DNA from: Planctomycetota bacterium
GTDB taxonomy: Bacteria > Planctomycetota > UBA11346
DNA length: 64,000 nt
Reading direction: 5' to 3'
NCBI GenBank assembly: GCA_038213805.1
Contig: JBBQSO010000006.1
Span: forward strand, 43,040-107,039
The stretch's first letter is position 1, and each line of letters opens with the position of its first letter. This document shows positions 38,328 to 48,479 of this stretch, piece after piece. Made by a program: the position numbers and the translations under genes. The notes under the pieces are model-generated. The model was not told the DNA's origin. It searched no databases and saw nothing but the letters and a program-made list of their open reading frames with translations.

Positions 38328-39704
38328 TCAGCTCGCGTCATACCCGGCACTGGGCTCGTTGAGACGCTGCGGCTGCGTCGTCAACACCTGCGCGCGCAGG
38401 CGGCCGTCGCTGACGCGGATGTCGATCGTGCTGCCGGGCGGGGCCTGGTCGAGGCGGCGGACAAGCAGGCCGGCGTCGCTGCGCACCACGCTGTAACCGC
38501 GTGCGATGACGGCGAGGGGCGACAGCGCATCGAGCCGTCCGGCGGCGGTCGCCAGACGCTCTGCGCCGCGCTCGACTCGGCGCAGAGCGGCGGCGCGCAG
38601 CTGGCGGGTGGCGGCCACCAGCTGGTCGCGCGCACTGGCGATGCGGCGCGCCGGGCTGACGGCGCCGAGACGGGCCTGGGCGAGGCGCAGACGCGCGCGC
38701 CCGTCCTCAAGACTGCCGGCCATCACGGCGTCGAGGCGCGCGTGCTGCTCGTCGAGGCGCTGCCGGCGCAGCGCCAGCTGGTGGCCGGGGCCGGCCAGGG
38801 CGCGGTGCTTGGCGAGGCCGGCAAGGTGGCCGCGCATGGCGGCGACCATCCCATCCTTGAGTTCGCCAAGCCGCGCTTCGCCATCCCGGCACAGCTGGCG
38901 CAGCTCGGCGGCCACCGGCACCACCAGTTCGCCGGCGGCGGTCGGGGTCTTGGCGCGCAGGTCGGCGGCGAAATCGGCGAGGGTGGTGTCGGTCTCGTGG
39001 CCGACGGCGCTGACGATCGGCGTGGTGCAGGCGGCGAGGGCGCGCACCACCAACTCCTCGTTGAAGGCCCACAGGTCCTCGATGCTGCCGCCGCCGCGTG
39101 CGACCACGATCACGTCGACCAGCGGGTGCAGGTCGAGCCGGCCGATGGCTGCGGCGATCTGACCGGCCGCCGCCGCGCCCTGGACCAGGCAGGGCGCGAT
39201 CACCACCGGCATCGCCGGAAAGCGCGCGCGGATCGAATGCAGCAGATCGGCCAGCGCCGCGCTGCCCGTCGCGGTCGCGATGCCCACCGCGCGCGGCAGC
39301 AGCGGCAGCGGCAGCTTGCGCTCGTCCGCGAACAGCCCCGCCGCCTCCAGCCTGGCTTTCAGGGCCTCGAAGCGTGCCGCCAGATCACCCTGGCCCTGCG
39401 CCGTGATGCGCGTCGCGACCAGCTGGTACTGCCCGCGCGGTCCGTAGACCGACAGCGCGCCGCGCACCAGCACCTGCTCGCCTTCCCGGGGCAACGCGCC
39501 ATTGCGCACCACGGCCGAACGCCACATCACCAGCCCGATCACCGCAGCGCTGTCCTTCAGCGTCGCATACAGATGCCCGCTTGGCGCGACCTTGACCTGC
39601 GACAGCTCGCCCTGCACCAGCACCGGCCCGAAATCCTCGAGCGCCAGCCCGATGCGCTGGGTCAGCGTGGCGACGGTGAGGGGGCGGTCGGGTTCCACGC
39701 GCAC
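38328..39704 (-). CDS. xseA: Exodeoxyribonuclease VII large subunit
   Basis: SGHLYATLKD, ARGGGSIEDLWAFNEE, SAVGHETDTTLADFAADLRAKTPTAA, LSPL.VI.RGYS. Start may be GTG 39698. Confidence 0.97.
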   Translation of the reverse strand: MRVEPDRPLTVATLTQRIGLALEDFGPVLVQGELSQVKVAPSGHLYATLKDSAAVIGLVMWRSAVVRNGALPREGEQVLVRGALSVYGPRGQYQLVATRITAQGQGDLAARFEALKARLEAAGLFADERKLPLPLLPRAVGIATATGSAALADLLHSIRARFPAMPVVIAPCLVQGAAAAGQIAAAIGRLDLHPLVDVIVVARGGGSIEDLWAFNEELVVRALAACTTPIVSAVGHETDTTLADFAADLRAKTPTAAGELVVPVAAELRQLCRDGEARLGELKDGMVAAMRGHLAGLAKHRALAGPGHQLALRRQRLDEQHARLDAVMAGSLEDGRARLRLAQARLGAVSPARRIASARDQLVAATRQLRAAALRRVERGAERLATAAGRLDALSPLAVIARGYSVVRSDAGLLVRRLDQAPPGSTIDIRVSDGRLRAQVLTTQPQRLNEPSAGYDAS

Positions 39705-39756
39705 ATTAGAGCGCGGGTGTGCGCGCGTGCTACCGGCCGCATGGCGGGTGGAGGCG

Positions 39757-39852
39757 CTAGACCCTAGACCCTAGACCCTAGACCCTAGACCCTAGACCCT
39801 AGTGAACCGGCTGTCGCCTCAGGCCGGTATCTAGGGTCTAAATTCTGAGGTC
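39757..39852. repeat. Inverted tandem-heptamer element (CTAGACC)x6.5 with short complementary arm
   Basis: Perfect array 39757-39802; CTAGGGTCTA at 39831-39840. Confidence 0.88.
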
Positions 39853-40702
39853 ACCCGTTGATGATGGTGAAGAACACCTCCGCCTTGCCCAATTCCTTCT
39901 CCGTTGCCGCGAACAGCGCGCCCAAGTCGGATTCCTGCAGGCCGACCATGCGCATCGCGCGCGGGTCGAGGATTGGCATCGCCTGGTCGCCGCCGTTGCC
40001 GATCAGCATGGCGCGCGCGATGATGTCGGCGATGTGCACGCAGGCGGCCCACGGCTGGTGCTCGCCCTCGGCCTGATCAAGGTCGTGGTGCGCGCCGATC
40101 GCGGCGCGGTACTCGTAGGGCAGTGACCAGTGCTCGCACAGGAAGCGGCCGACCGCAGCGTGGTCGCAGCCCAGCTCGGCGATCTCCGCCTGGCGGATCA
40201 GGCCGCCGTCGCGCGCCACGCGCGCCCGCACCAGCGCGTACTCCTCCGGCAGGTGCTCGGCCAGGGCGAGCTTGCCAAGGTCGTGAAGCAGGCCGAGCAC
40301 GAAGGCGTCATCGCCGCGTCCCAGGCTGCCCAACCGCGCCACCGCGCGCGCCGCGCAGGCCGCGCCCAGTGCGTGCAACCAGAAGCCGCGCGCCTGGGTG
40401 ACGGCGAAGGCCGAGAAGATCGAGGCCTTGAGCACGATCGCACGCACCGTGCCCAGGCCGAGCAGCACCACCGCGTGTTCCGGGCTGCGCACCGCCTCGC
40501 GCGGCGCGTAGAATGCACTGTTGGCCAGGCGCAGCACGCGCGCCGTCAGCGCCTGGTCGTGGCCGAGCAGGCGCGCGATCTCGCCCGAACTCGCCGAATC
40601 GTGGGTGATGCGCCGCGTCACCGCCCCCACCACCATGGGCAGCGCCGGCAGCGACTGGATCAGGCGCAGGCGATCCAGGACGGTGGATTCGCCGAGGGTC
40701 AA
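39851..40702 (-). CDS. HDOD domain protein
   Basis: LPALP, DQALTARVLRLANSAFY, AVVLLG, FWLHAL, GLLHDLGKL, DHAAVG.FL.EHW.LP; TTG start with GGAGGA, TTGA coupling. Confidence 0.92.
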   Translation of the reverse strand: MTLGESTVLDRLRLIQSLPALPMVVGAVTRRITHDSASSGEIARLLGHDQALTARVLRLANSAFYAPREAVRSPEHAVVLLGLGTVRAIVLKASIFSAFAVTQARGFWLHALGAACAARAVARLGSLGRGDDAFVLGLLHDLGKLALAEHLPEEYALVRARVARDGGLIRQAEIAELGCDHAAVGRFLCEHWSLPYEYRAAIGAHHDLDQAEGEHQPWAACVHIADIIARAMLIGNGGDQAMPILDPRAMRMVGLQESDLGALFAATEKELGKAEVFFTIING

Positions 40703-41055
40703 TGGTCCTCCCGATCGCTCAGCCGGTAGCGCCGGTAGCAGTCCGAGGCGTGCCCGAGCGCGCCCAGGAAGAGGTTCTGCATGGTGCGATTGACCATGGC
40801 GGCGGCGAACACGCCCTGCAGACGCGCGGCGAAGTCCGGGCCATAGCGGTCGAGATACTCGGGGACGGTCGGGTCGGGCACCGGACTGCCCGGCGGCACC
40901 ACCCACAGTTCGTGCAGGCCCTGCTCGCGCAGCCGCCCAATCAACTCGTCGGTCAGCGCCAGGCCCGGGCGCGCCAGCACGCCGCCGTCGAGGGTGCGCG
41001 CCGGGCGGGCCAGGATCATGCCGGGGATGACGTCACCGAGCCGCAGACAGCGCAT
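40699..41055 (-). CDS. Small protein resembling the N-terminal module of HD-GYP/HDOD proteins
   Basis: L.DV.PGMILARP....G.VL...G..LT..LI.RL...G...LWV; coupled to the HDOD gene. Confidence 0.7.
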   Translation of the reverse strand: MRCLRLGDVIPGMILARPARTLDGGVLARPGLALTDELIGRLREQGLHELWVVPPGSPVPDPTVPEYLDRYGPDFAARLQGVFAAAMVNRTMQNLFLGALGHASDCYRRYRLSDREDH

Positions 41056-41165
41056 GCGTGATGATACGCCGAGGACGGTCCGCCGCCAACCGCCGCCACC
41101 AACATGCCGGGTGCTCCTGCATTGCCCCTTGGTTAGCCCGCTCGCGAACCTATATTCCCGCCGCC

Positions 41166-41834
41166 ATGGACAACACCGGCAAGATCTACCTCGGGAACCT
41201 CGGTCGCGTACCGCTCTATGCCTCATTCGAGGCGATATTCCTGGTCGTTTTCGTTTTCTATCAATGGCAGGGCATGCCGCGGGCCTACCAGTCCGGCGCA
41301 TACTTCATCTGTCTCATCCTGATCTTCCTGCTCACTATCGTCCTGCACGAGTTGGCCCATGCGTTGGCGGCGTTGTCCCGCGGCATGTCCGGGGTTACGA
41401 TCACCATCGGGGCACTTGGCGGCTACTGCTCTTACGTCGGGGTGCCCCAACCGGCCCGGCAGTTCATGATCAGCTGCGCCGGACCGCTGACCAACCTGCT
41501 CATCGCCTATGGATTCTATCTGCTCGCCCGCGCCGATTTCAGTAGCGACCTGTTGCGCTTCTTCGTTGAACAGATGTTCTTTTGGAACCTGGTGCTCGGC
41601 ATCCTCAATCTGCTACCGATATACCCACTCGATGGTGGGCAGATGCTGCTCGCGTTGAGCGAGCTTGGGCTGGCCAAGCGCTCCGCGCGCCACCTGACCC
41701 TGTGCGTCAGCCTGCTCGTGGGGGTCGGCCTCATCATCTATGCGCTGAGCCCGTTCAACCACTACGTGGGTACCCTAACCATCGTGTTGATCATCTCGCT
41801 GCTCTTCGCCGCCTTCCGGGACCTCCGCTCGTGA
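41166..41834 (+). CDS. Site-2 protease family (M50) metallopeptidase
   Basis: LHELAH, AGPLTN, NLLPIYPLDGG. Confidence 0.92.
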   Translation: MDNTGKIYLGNLGRVPLYASFEAIFLVVFVFYQWQGMPRAYQSGAYFICLILIFLLTIVLHELAHALAALSRGMSGVTITIGALGGYCSYVGVPQPARQFMISCAGPLTNLLIAYGFYLLARADFSSDLLRFFVEQMFFWNLVLGILNLLPIYPLDGGQMLLALSELGLAKRSARHLTLCVSLLVGVGLIIYALSPFNHYVGTLTIVLIISLLFAAFRDLRS

Positions 41835-42817
41835 CCCGCGTCCTCTCCGGCGTCCAACCCTCCGGCCAGCTTCACCTCGGCAACTACGCGGGCGCGATCC
41901 GCCAGTTCCTCGATCTGCAGGCGCAGGGTCACGAACTTTACGTGTTCGTGGCGTCCTACCATGCACTGACCTCGGCGCGCGACCCCGTGGTGCTGCGCGC
42001 CAGCATCCGCCAGATCGTCATCGACTATCTGGCCTTCGGCCTCGACCCGGCGAAGACCCATATCTACCTGCAGCAGGCCGTGCCCGAGGTCACCGAACTG
42101 GCGTGGCTGCTCGCCTGCGTCTGCCCGATGTCGTGGATGGAAAAGGCGGTCAGCTATAAGGACAAGCTCGCCAAGGGCATCTCCGCAAACGTCGGCCTGT
42201 TCACCTATCCGATCCTGCAGGCCGCCGACATCCTCGCCGTCGATGCCGAACTGGTGCCGGTCGGCAAGGACCAGGTCCAGCACCTGGAACTCGCCCGCGA
42301 CCTCGCCGCGCGCTTCAACGAGGAATACCAGTCCGCGGTCTTCACCTTGCCCGCCTACCGCCTCGCCCCCGACGCCGCCCTGCTGCCCGGCATCGACGGC
42401 GAGAAGATGTCCAAGAGCTACGGCAACACCATCGACCCCTTCCAGGACGAGAAGGCGCTGCGCAAGCGCATCATGGCGATCAAGACCGACTCCAAGGGCG
42501 TGAACGACGCCAAGGACCCGGACGCCGACAACACTTTCCAGATCTTCCGCGCCATCGCCGGCAAGGACGATCCCCGCACCGTGGCCCTGGCCGAGCGCTA
42601 CCGCGATCCGGGCGCCGCTGGCTTCGGTTACGGCCACGCCAAGCAGGCGCTGTTCGAGCTGCTGCTCGACCATTTCGGACCGGCCCGTGCGCGCCGCGCC
42701 GCGCTGATGGACCGCACCGCCTACATCGACGAGGTACTCGCCCAGGGCGCCGTCGCGGCGCGCACCCGGGCCCGCGCAGTGGTCACCCGCGCCCGCGCGG
42801 CTGCCGGCCTGGACTGA
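41831..42817 (+). CDS. trpS: Tryptophan--tRNA ligase
   Basis: SGVQPSG.LHLGNY, GLFTYPILQAADIL, VPVGKDQ.QHLELARD, KMSKS. Confidence 0.97.
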   Translation: MTRVLSGVQPSGQLHLGNYAGAIRQFLDLQAQGHELYVFVASYHALTSARDPVVLRASIRQIVIDYLAFGLDPAKTHIYLQQAVPEVTELAWLLACVCPMSWMEKAVSYKDKLAKGISANVGLFTYPILQAADILAVDAELVPVGKDQVQHLELARDLAARFNEEYQSAVFTLPAYRLAPDAALLPGIDGEKMSKSYGNTIDPFQDEKALRKRIMAIKTDSKGVNDAKDPDADNTFQIFRAIAGKDDPRTVALAERYRDPGAAGFGYGHAKQALFELLLDHFGPARARRAALMDRTAYIDEVLAQGAVAARTRARAVVTRARAAAGLD

Positions 42818-42839
42818 AAGCCGATCTCCGGCGATTTGT

Positions 42840-42974
42840 ACCGCCAAGACGCCAAGACGCCGAGACCACGACCAAGGGATTTGGAGAGCCTTGGGCGTGG
42901 GCATGGTCTTCGCCGATCCGGCCGAATTCCGCGTGATCGCTGCGGATCTTGGTGTCTTGGCGGCTTCGCGGCTA
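42840..42974. repeat. Inverted tandem-octamer element (CGCCAAGA / TCTTGGCG)
   Basis: ACCGCCAAGACGCCAAGACGCCGAG at 42840-42864; CTTGGTGTCTTGGCGGCTTCGCGG at 42948-42971. Confidence 0.75.
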
Positions 42975-43120
42975 AAACCGTCGAAGGCACCCCGCCGGCT
43001 GCTGTCCGCTGCGCCACTCACGAGCCGTCCCTGACGCTGGCGCGCGCGTCTGGCGCGGCTAGAAAGTTGCGCCCGCCCCCTCGGCCCGGGGGTCGGGGCG
43101 CAGCGCCCAAGGAACGGACC

Positions 43121-45385
43121 ATGAGCATCATGACCAGCACCGCCGCCCACCACCGTTGGACGTTCTTCCGCGCCGGCGGTCTCGATCAGGTCCAGCTCAC
43201 CACCAGCGCCGATCTGCGCGCCCTGCACACCCTCGACCAGAAGCTGTGGGTCGCGCTGTCCTGCCCGGTCAAGGGCCTGCAGATCGACCCGCGCACCCTG
43301 TCCATGCTCGACACCGACCATGACGTGCGCGTGCGCGTCACCGAGGTCATCGCCGCGGTCAAGTGGACCTGCGAGATGCTCAAGGAACCCGGCTATATCT
43401 TTCAGCAACGCGCGTCCCTGCCCCTGAGCGAGATCAACGACGCCAGCGAGGGTGGCCGCAAGGTTCTCGCCGCCGCGCACCAGCTGCTCGCCAACCTCGG
43501 CAAGCCCGAAGCCACGGCGGTCTCGATCGAGGACATCACCGATACCACCAAGCTCTTCATCAACACCACCTTCAACGGCGACGGCGTGGTCATCATCGAC
43601 GCGGCGACTGAACCCTCGCTGCGCCAGGTGCTGCTCGACATCATCACCCTGTTCGGCGAAGTGAAGGACCGCAGCGGCAAGGCGGGCGTCGACAAGCTCA
43701 AGGCCGACACCTTCTTCACCGAGTGCGAGGCCTACCACGCCTGGCTCGAGAGCGGCGCGCAGGTCCAGCTGCTGGGCGAGGCCAGCGCCGTCGCTTACTT
43801 CACCTTCAGCATCATGAAGGGCAAGATCACTGATTACTTCCAGCGCTGCCGCCTGGTCGCCTACGACCCCCGCGCCGCCGTCGCCCTCAACCGCGCCGAG
43901 GAGGACTACCTGCTGTTCGCGGCCAAGGATCTCTCTCTCGACCCGCACGAGGTGGTCGGCCTGCCGCTGCAGCGCATCGATCCGAACAAGCCGATCGAGC
44001 TGCTCAAGCCCGTGAATCCGGTGTGGGCAGACAAGCTCCAGGCCTTCAGCGTGCAGGTCATCGCGCCGCTGCTTGGCACTGGCCGGACCACCCTCAGCGA
44101 CGCGGACTGGGCCGAGATCTGCCGGCGCTTCGCGCCGTACGAGGCCTGGCAGGCGGCACGCAAGCCGACCACCGTCGAGTGGCTCGGCGACGCGCGCATC
44201 CGCGCCATCATCGCCGGCGGGCTCAAGCAGCAGGTCGCCGAGCTCATCGCCAAGGACCTCGAGGTCCAGGTCCACGTCGAAGGCTTCGATCAGGTCGAAC
44301 GCCTGGTCCGCTACTACCGCGATCTCGGCCTGCTGCTGCGCAACTACGTCAACTTTGCCGACTTCTACAACCCGCGCGTGCCCGCGGTCTTCCAGGGTGG
44401 CACCCTGTATCTCGACCAGCGCAGCTGCACGCTGTGCATCCAGGTCGACGATCCGGCGGCGCACGTGGTGCTCGGCGGTCTGGGCAAGGTCTACATCGCC
44501 TACTGCGCCTGCTCGCGCTCCAGCGGCGAGAAGATGAATATCGCCGCCTGCTTCACCCAGGGCGATTCCGATTACCTGATGGTTGGCCGCAACGGCGTGT
44601 TCTACGACCGCCAGGGCAAGGACTGGGACGCGACCATCACCAAGATCATCGATAACCCGATCAGCATCCGCCAGGCCTTCTGGTCGCCCTACAAGAAGTT
44701 CGTGCGCTTCATCGAACAGCAGGTCGCCAAGCGCGCCGCCGCCGCCGATGACGCTGCGAACGCGCGCCTGGAGGGCGCGGCGACCACCGTCGCCGCGCCG
44801 CCGCCCGGCAAGCCGGCCGCGGCTCCGAAGCCCTCCTTCGACGTCGGCACCATCGCTGCCCTCGGCGTCGGCCTCGGCGCCATCGGTGGGATCATCGGCG
44901 GCTTCATCTCAGGATTCCTCGGCCTCAAGATGCTGATGCCGCTCGGCATCTTCGGTCTGATGCTGCTGATCTCCGGGCCGGCGATGGTCATCGCCTGGCT
45001 CAAGCTGCGCCAGCGCACCCTCGGCCCGATTCTGGAAGGAAACGGCTGGGCGATCAACGGCCGCGTCAAGATCAACCTGCCGCTCGGCGCGGCGCTCACC
45101 GGCATCAAGCAGCTGCCGCCCGGCTCAACGCGCCTGCTCAAGGACCCCTTCGTCGATTACGCCGCGCTGCGTCGCCGTTGGGCGATCTCGATCCTGATTG
45201 GCGCTCTCCTCGCCACCGTGGTCTGGTGGCAGTGGGGCTGGCTGGTGAGGCAGTGGAACGCGGCGATGACGCCGGATACGGTCATCGACACCAAGACCAA
45301 GATCCCCGCCGATGGCACCGCGGTGACCACCTCGACGTCGATCACGCAACCAGCGGTGCCGGCGCCCGCTCCGGCCGCGAAATGA
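43121..45385 (+). CDS. Hypothetical membrane protein with EF-hand-like loop and C-terminal TM helices
   Basis: Long ORF with strong codon bias; AAGGA SD; LDTDHD.RVR..E loop; about 3 TM segments near the C-terminus. Confidence 0.8.
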   Translation: MSIMTSTAAHHRWTFFRAGGLDQVQLTTSADLRALHTLDQKLWVALSCPVKGLQIDPRTLSMLDTDHDVRVRVTEVIAAVKWTCEMLKEPGYIFQQRASLPLSEINDASEGGRKVLAAAHQLLANLGKPEATAVSIEDITDTTKLFINTTFNGDGVVIIDAATEPSLRQVLLDIITLFGEVKDRSGKAGVDKLKADTFFTECEAYHAWLESGAQVQLLGEASAVAYFTFSIMKGKITDYFQRCRLVAYDPRAAVALNRAEEDYLLFAAKDLSLDPHEVVGLPLQRIDPNKPIELLKPVNPVWADKLQAFSVQVIAPLLGTGRTTLSDADWAEICRRFAPYEAWQAARKPTTVEWLGDARIRAIIAGGLKQQVAELIAKDLEVQVHVEGFDQVERLVRYYRDLGLLLRNYVNFADFYNPRVPAVFQGGTLYLDQRSCTLCIQVDDPAAHVVLGGLGKVYIAYCACSRSSGEKMNIAACFTQGDSDYLMVGRNGVFYDRQGKDWDATITKIIDNPISIRQAFWSPYKKFVRFIEQQVAKRAAAADDAANARLEGAATTVAAPPPGKPAAAPKPSFDVGTIAALGVGLGAIGGIIGGFISGFLGLKMLMPLGIFGLMLLISGPAMVIAWLKLRQRTLGPILEGNGWAINGRVKINLPLGAALTGIKQLPPGSTRLLKDPFVDYAALRRRWAISILIGALLATVVWWQWGWLVRQWNAAMTPDTVIDTKTKIPADGTAVTTSTSITQPAVPAPAPAAK

Positions 45386-45831
45386 CTCGTCCCGTTCCGG
45401 ATTTCACGCTCGCTGGCGGCGACGGCATCCCGGTGCGCCTCTCGGACCTGTGGGCCCAGGGCCCGGTGCTGCTGGTCTTCTACCCCGGTGACGACACCGC
45501 GGTGTGCACCGCCCAGCTCTGCGAGTACCGCGACCGCTGGGCGGATTTCCGCGCCGCCGGCGTGCAGGTGGTGGGCATCAATCCCGCCTCGACCGCGCGC
45601 CACCTGCGCTTCGCGACCCGCCACCGTTTCCCGTTCGCCGTGCTGTCGGATCCTGACCAGGCCTGCAGCAAGGCCTACGGCGCCAAGGCCTGGTACGGCA
45701 CGCGCCGCGTCACCGTACTGATCGCCAAGGGCGGCCACGAGGTGTGGCGCCGCGCGACTTGGCCGTTCCTGCGCCCGCGGGCGGATGAGTTGCTGGGGGC
45801 GGTGCGCAACCTCACGCCGGCGGGGCGCTAG
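45382..45831 (+). CDS. bcp: Peroxiredoxin, BCP/PrxQ family
   Basis: PDFTL, FYPGDDTAVCTAQLC, VVGI, F.VLSD; ATGA coupling. Confidence 0.88.
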   Translation: MTRPVPDFTLAGGDGIPVRLSDLWAQGPVLLVFYPGDDTAVCTAQLCEYRDRWADFRAAGVQVVGINPASTARHLRFATRHRFPFAVLSDPDQACSKAYGAKAWYGTRRVTVLIAKGGHEVWRRATWPFLRPRADELLGAVRNLTPAGR

Positions 45832-45837
45832 AGAGAG

Positions 45838-46052
45838 GATAAAACAGGAGGCGCGGAGGCGCGGAGAACGGATGAGGGGGCAGGGACTGGTTCGAGGTCT
45901 CCCACAGGCGCTGCACGTGTGCAGGACACATGTCCTCGAGTTCGCACTGGCGGTACCGGCCTGGCCTCCTGGGGGCGCGCTCCGGGGTCATGAAATCCGG
46001 CCTTCACGCCGTCCTCTTCCCGCCTCCGCGTCTCCGCGCCTCCTATTTTACC
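45838..46052. repeat. Inverted repeat element with (GCGCGGAG) octamer arms
   Basis: GATAAAACAGGAGGCGCGGAGGCGCGGAG (45838-45866) pairs with CTCCGCGTCTCCGCGCCTCCTATTTTACC (46024-46052). Confidence 0.85.
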
Positions 46053-46062
46053 CCGCTGTCTC

Positions 46063-48003
46063 TCAGGCCCGCGCCGCCGCCAGCGCCTTGGCAGTGCCGG
46101 TACGCTGCGTCATCAGCGACACCACCACCAGCACCAGGAAGGAGAGGGGAACGGTGACGATCGCTGGCTGGCTGAAGGGCACCCATGCGTACATGGCAGC
46201 TTCCGCCTTGGTGAAGTGATAGACTTTTTCCAGGGCATCCGTGCTGGCCAACACCCAGCCCAGCGAGGTGACCATGCCAACGACGATCGACCAAGTGATG
46301 CCCTGCTTGGTGGTTCCGCGCCAGAACAGCAGCATAACCAGTGCCGGCAGGTTGGCCGAGGCGGCGATGTTGAAGGCCCAACCGACCAGGAAGCCGGGGT
46401 TCATGTCCTTGAAGGCGATGCCGAGCAGGATGGCGATGATGCCGACTACCACTGCGCTGAGCTTGGCGATGCGCACTTGGCGGCCGTCCGTCATCTCAAT
46501 CTTGAGCACGTTGGTGCAGATGTCGTGGGCGACCGCGCCGCTCGCCGCCATGATCAGGCCGCTGACCGTGCCGAGCACGGTGGTGAAGGCGACCGCGGAG
46601 ATGACGGCAAAGAGGAAGTTGTTGAAACCACGCGCCAGAAGCGGCGCGGTCATGTTGGGATCAGTGGGATCGAGCGACCCGCTGGCCATCGCCCCCAAGC
46701 CCATGTACAGGGTGAGGATGTAGAAGAAGCCGATCGCCGCGATGCCGACGATGGTCGACTTGCGTGCGCTGGCCTGGTCCTTGACCGTGTAGTAGCGGAT
46801 GAGGATGTGCGGCAGCGAGGCGGTGCCCAGGAACAGCGCGAGCATCAGCGAAAGGAAGTTGACCTTGGCCTTCCACTCGTCCTTGCGAAGTCCGGCGAAC
46901 ATGCCGCCGCCAGGGCGCAGGACGTCGGCGCCGAGAGTCGGCACCTGGTAGTAGACGGTGGTCTCGGCGCCTGCGATGGCCTCGCTCTTCCATAACACCA
47001 CTTCGCTCCGGCCAAGGACGTCGAAGAACGCCAGCGGATTGAGCGGGCCGGTCGAGTCCTTGCCGTCAGGGAGGTGGCTGATCGTGCCAACGGGGAAGAT
47101 GTCGTTGACGCCCAGGACAAACGGGCGGCCATTGATCAGCTTGGTGGCACCCTTGGCCTGAGGGGCGTAGACGACCTGGGTTTCAGAGAGCAGATCGCCT
47201 TCGTGGTCCTTCGGGCCGCTCTTGCGCCACACCGCGACCACATCGTCGGCACCCTTGAGGCGCACGTAAGGCAAGCCTTTCCATCCCGTTTCGTCGTCTG
47301 GAATCACGGTCGTCCCGGCTGCGCCGGTGATCTCCGCCGCCGGCACCTTGGCTCGGAAGGCGTGCGCGCCCTCGGCCGTCTTGGTGGTCAGGCCGCGCAT
47401 CAGGATCATAACCGTCAGGATGGTGCAGAGCAGGACCAGCAGCCCACCCTTGATGAACTGCACCCAGGTGGTCGAGACCATGCCCGCGGAGGCGACGATC
47501 AGCACCACCACGGCGCCCACCGCGGTCACGCCCTGCCAGTGCTCCCAATTGAGCAGCGGATGGATCAGCGAGCCGGCGCCGACCATCTGGGGAATTAGGT
47601 AGAAGATGCTCACCACCAACGTGCTGACCGCCGCAGCGAGCTTGATGCCGCGCGAATTGAAGCGGTTGTCAAGGGCATCCGCGAAGGTGAAGCGGCCGAG
47701 GCGCTTGAGCGGCTCGGCGACCACGAACAGCGCCACCACCCAGCCGGCGAGGAAACCGATCGAGTAGAGGAAGCCATCATAGCCGGTGGTAGCGATCAGT
47801 CCGCAGATGCCGAGGAAGGATGCGGCCGAGAGGTAGTCGCCGGCGAAGGCGATGCCGTTGACGAACCACGGGATGTTGCCACCGGCGGCAAAGAAGCCGC
47901 GCGACGACTTGGCTTTTGCGCCCATCCAGAAACTGATGCCCAGGACGAAGCCGACGAAGGACAGGAAGATCGCCAGCGTCAGATAGGAGAAGGGAAAATG
48001 CAT
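46063..48003 (-). CDS. actP: Cation/acetate symporter (sodium:solute symporter family)
   Basis: NGIAFAGDYLSAASFLG, YLIPQMVGAG, TTWVQFIKG, GTASLPHILIRYYTV, AASANLP. Confidence 0.9.
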   Translation of the reverse strand: MHFPFSYLTLAIFLSFVGFVLGISFWMGAKAKSSRGFFAAGGNIPWFVNGIAFAGDYLSAASFLGICGLIATTGYDGFLYSIGFLAGWVVALFVVAEPLKRLGRFTFADALDNRFNSRGIKLAAAVSTLVVSIFYLIPQMVGAGSLIHPLLNWEHWQGVTAVGAVVVLIVASAGMVSTTWVQFIKGGLLVLLCTILTVMILMRGLTTKTAEGAHAFRAKVPAAEITGAAGTTVIPDDETGWKGLPYVRLKGADDVVAVWRKSGPKDHEGDLLSETQVVYAPQAKGATKLINGRPFVLGVNDIFPVGTISHLPDGKDSTGPLNPLAFFDVLGRSEVVLWKSEAIAGAETTVYYQVPTLGADVLRPGGGMFAGLRKDEWKAKVNFLSLMLALFLGTASLPHILIRYYTVKDQASARKSTIVGIAAIGFFYILTLYMGLGAMASGSLDPTDPNMTAPLLARGFNNFLFAVISAVAFTTVLGTVSGLIMAASGAVAHDICTNVLKIEMTDGRQVRIAKLSAVVVGIIAILLGIAFKDMNPGFLVGWAFNIAASANLPALVMLLFWRGTTKQGITWSIVVGMVTSLGWVLASTDALEKVYHFTKAEAAMYAWVPFSQPAIVTVPLSFLVLVVVSLMTQRTGTAKALAAARA

Positions 48004-48004
48004 T

Positions 48005-48271
48005 TCAGACCTTCTCCCCGGCGTGGCGGCAGTTGCGCAGGTAGATGATCGCCAGGATCAGCGCATTAACGATCAGCGAGAACCCGTAGATGATCGCCAG
48101 GTTGACCCCACCGAAGGGCCGCGTGGCCATGATCGCCGGGAAGTAGGTGCTCAGCACCACGAAGCCCACGTAGAGGGCGAGGTAGACCGCGAACAATCCC
48201 AGGCCGAGCCGGGTGTTGTGCGCAACGATCTCGGGCTGCTCATCCTCGCGCTGATTCTCGTGGTCGTGCAT
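48005..48271 (-). CDS. DUF485 (YjcH-like) small membrane protein
   Basis: Two TM helices, directly upstream of actP as is typical for this pair. Confidence 0.85.
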   Translation of the reverse strand: MHDHENQREDEQPEIVAHNTRLGLGLFAVYLALYVGFVVLSTYFPAIMATRPFGGVNLAIIYGFSLIVNALILAIIYLRNCRHAGEKV

Positions 48272-48479
48272 GGCGGCTCCGGGTGGGGCCTGCTGCGGGC
48301 GTTCCACCGACGGGTGGGCGGCCGTGCGGGCAGGAGGACGCCGACTTCTAGTATGGGAGCCGCTGAACACAACGACCGGAAGAGACCGCTGCCCAGGGTT
48401 CCCCGGACGGACATGGGGAAGCCCCCGTTCCAGGCATGTGAACGATGCGTCATTCGCAAGCGTGCGCGGACGGGTCGAT

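Noticed and set aside
41762..44464. 900-aa minus-strand ORF and similar long ORFs (17661-20258, 24229-27330, 55486-58116)
   Set aside because: Antisense or off-frame shadows of well-supported genes.
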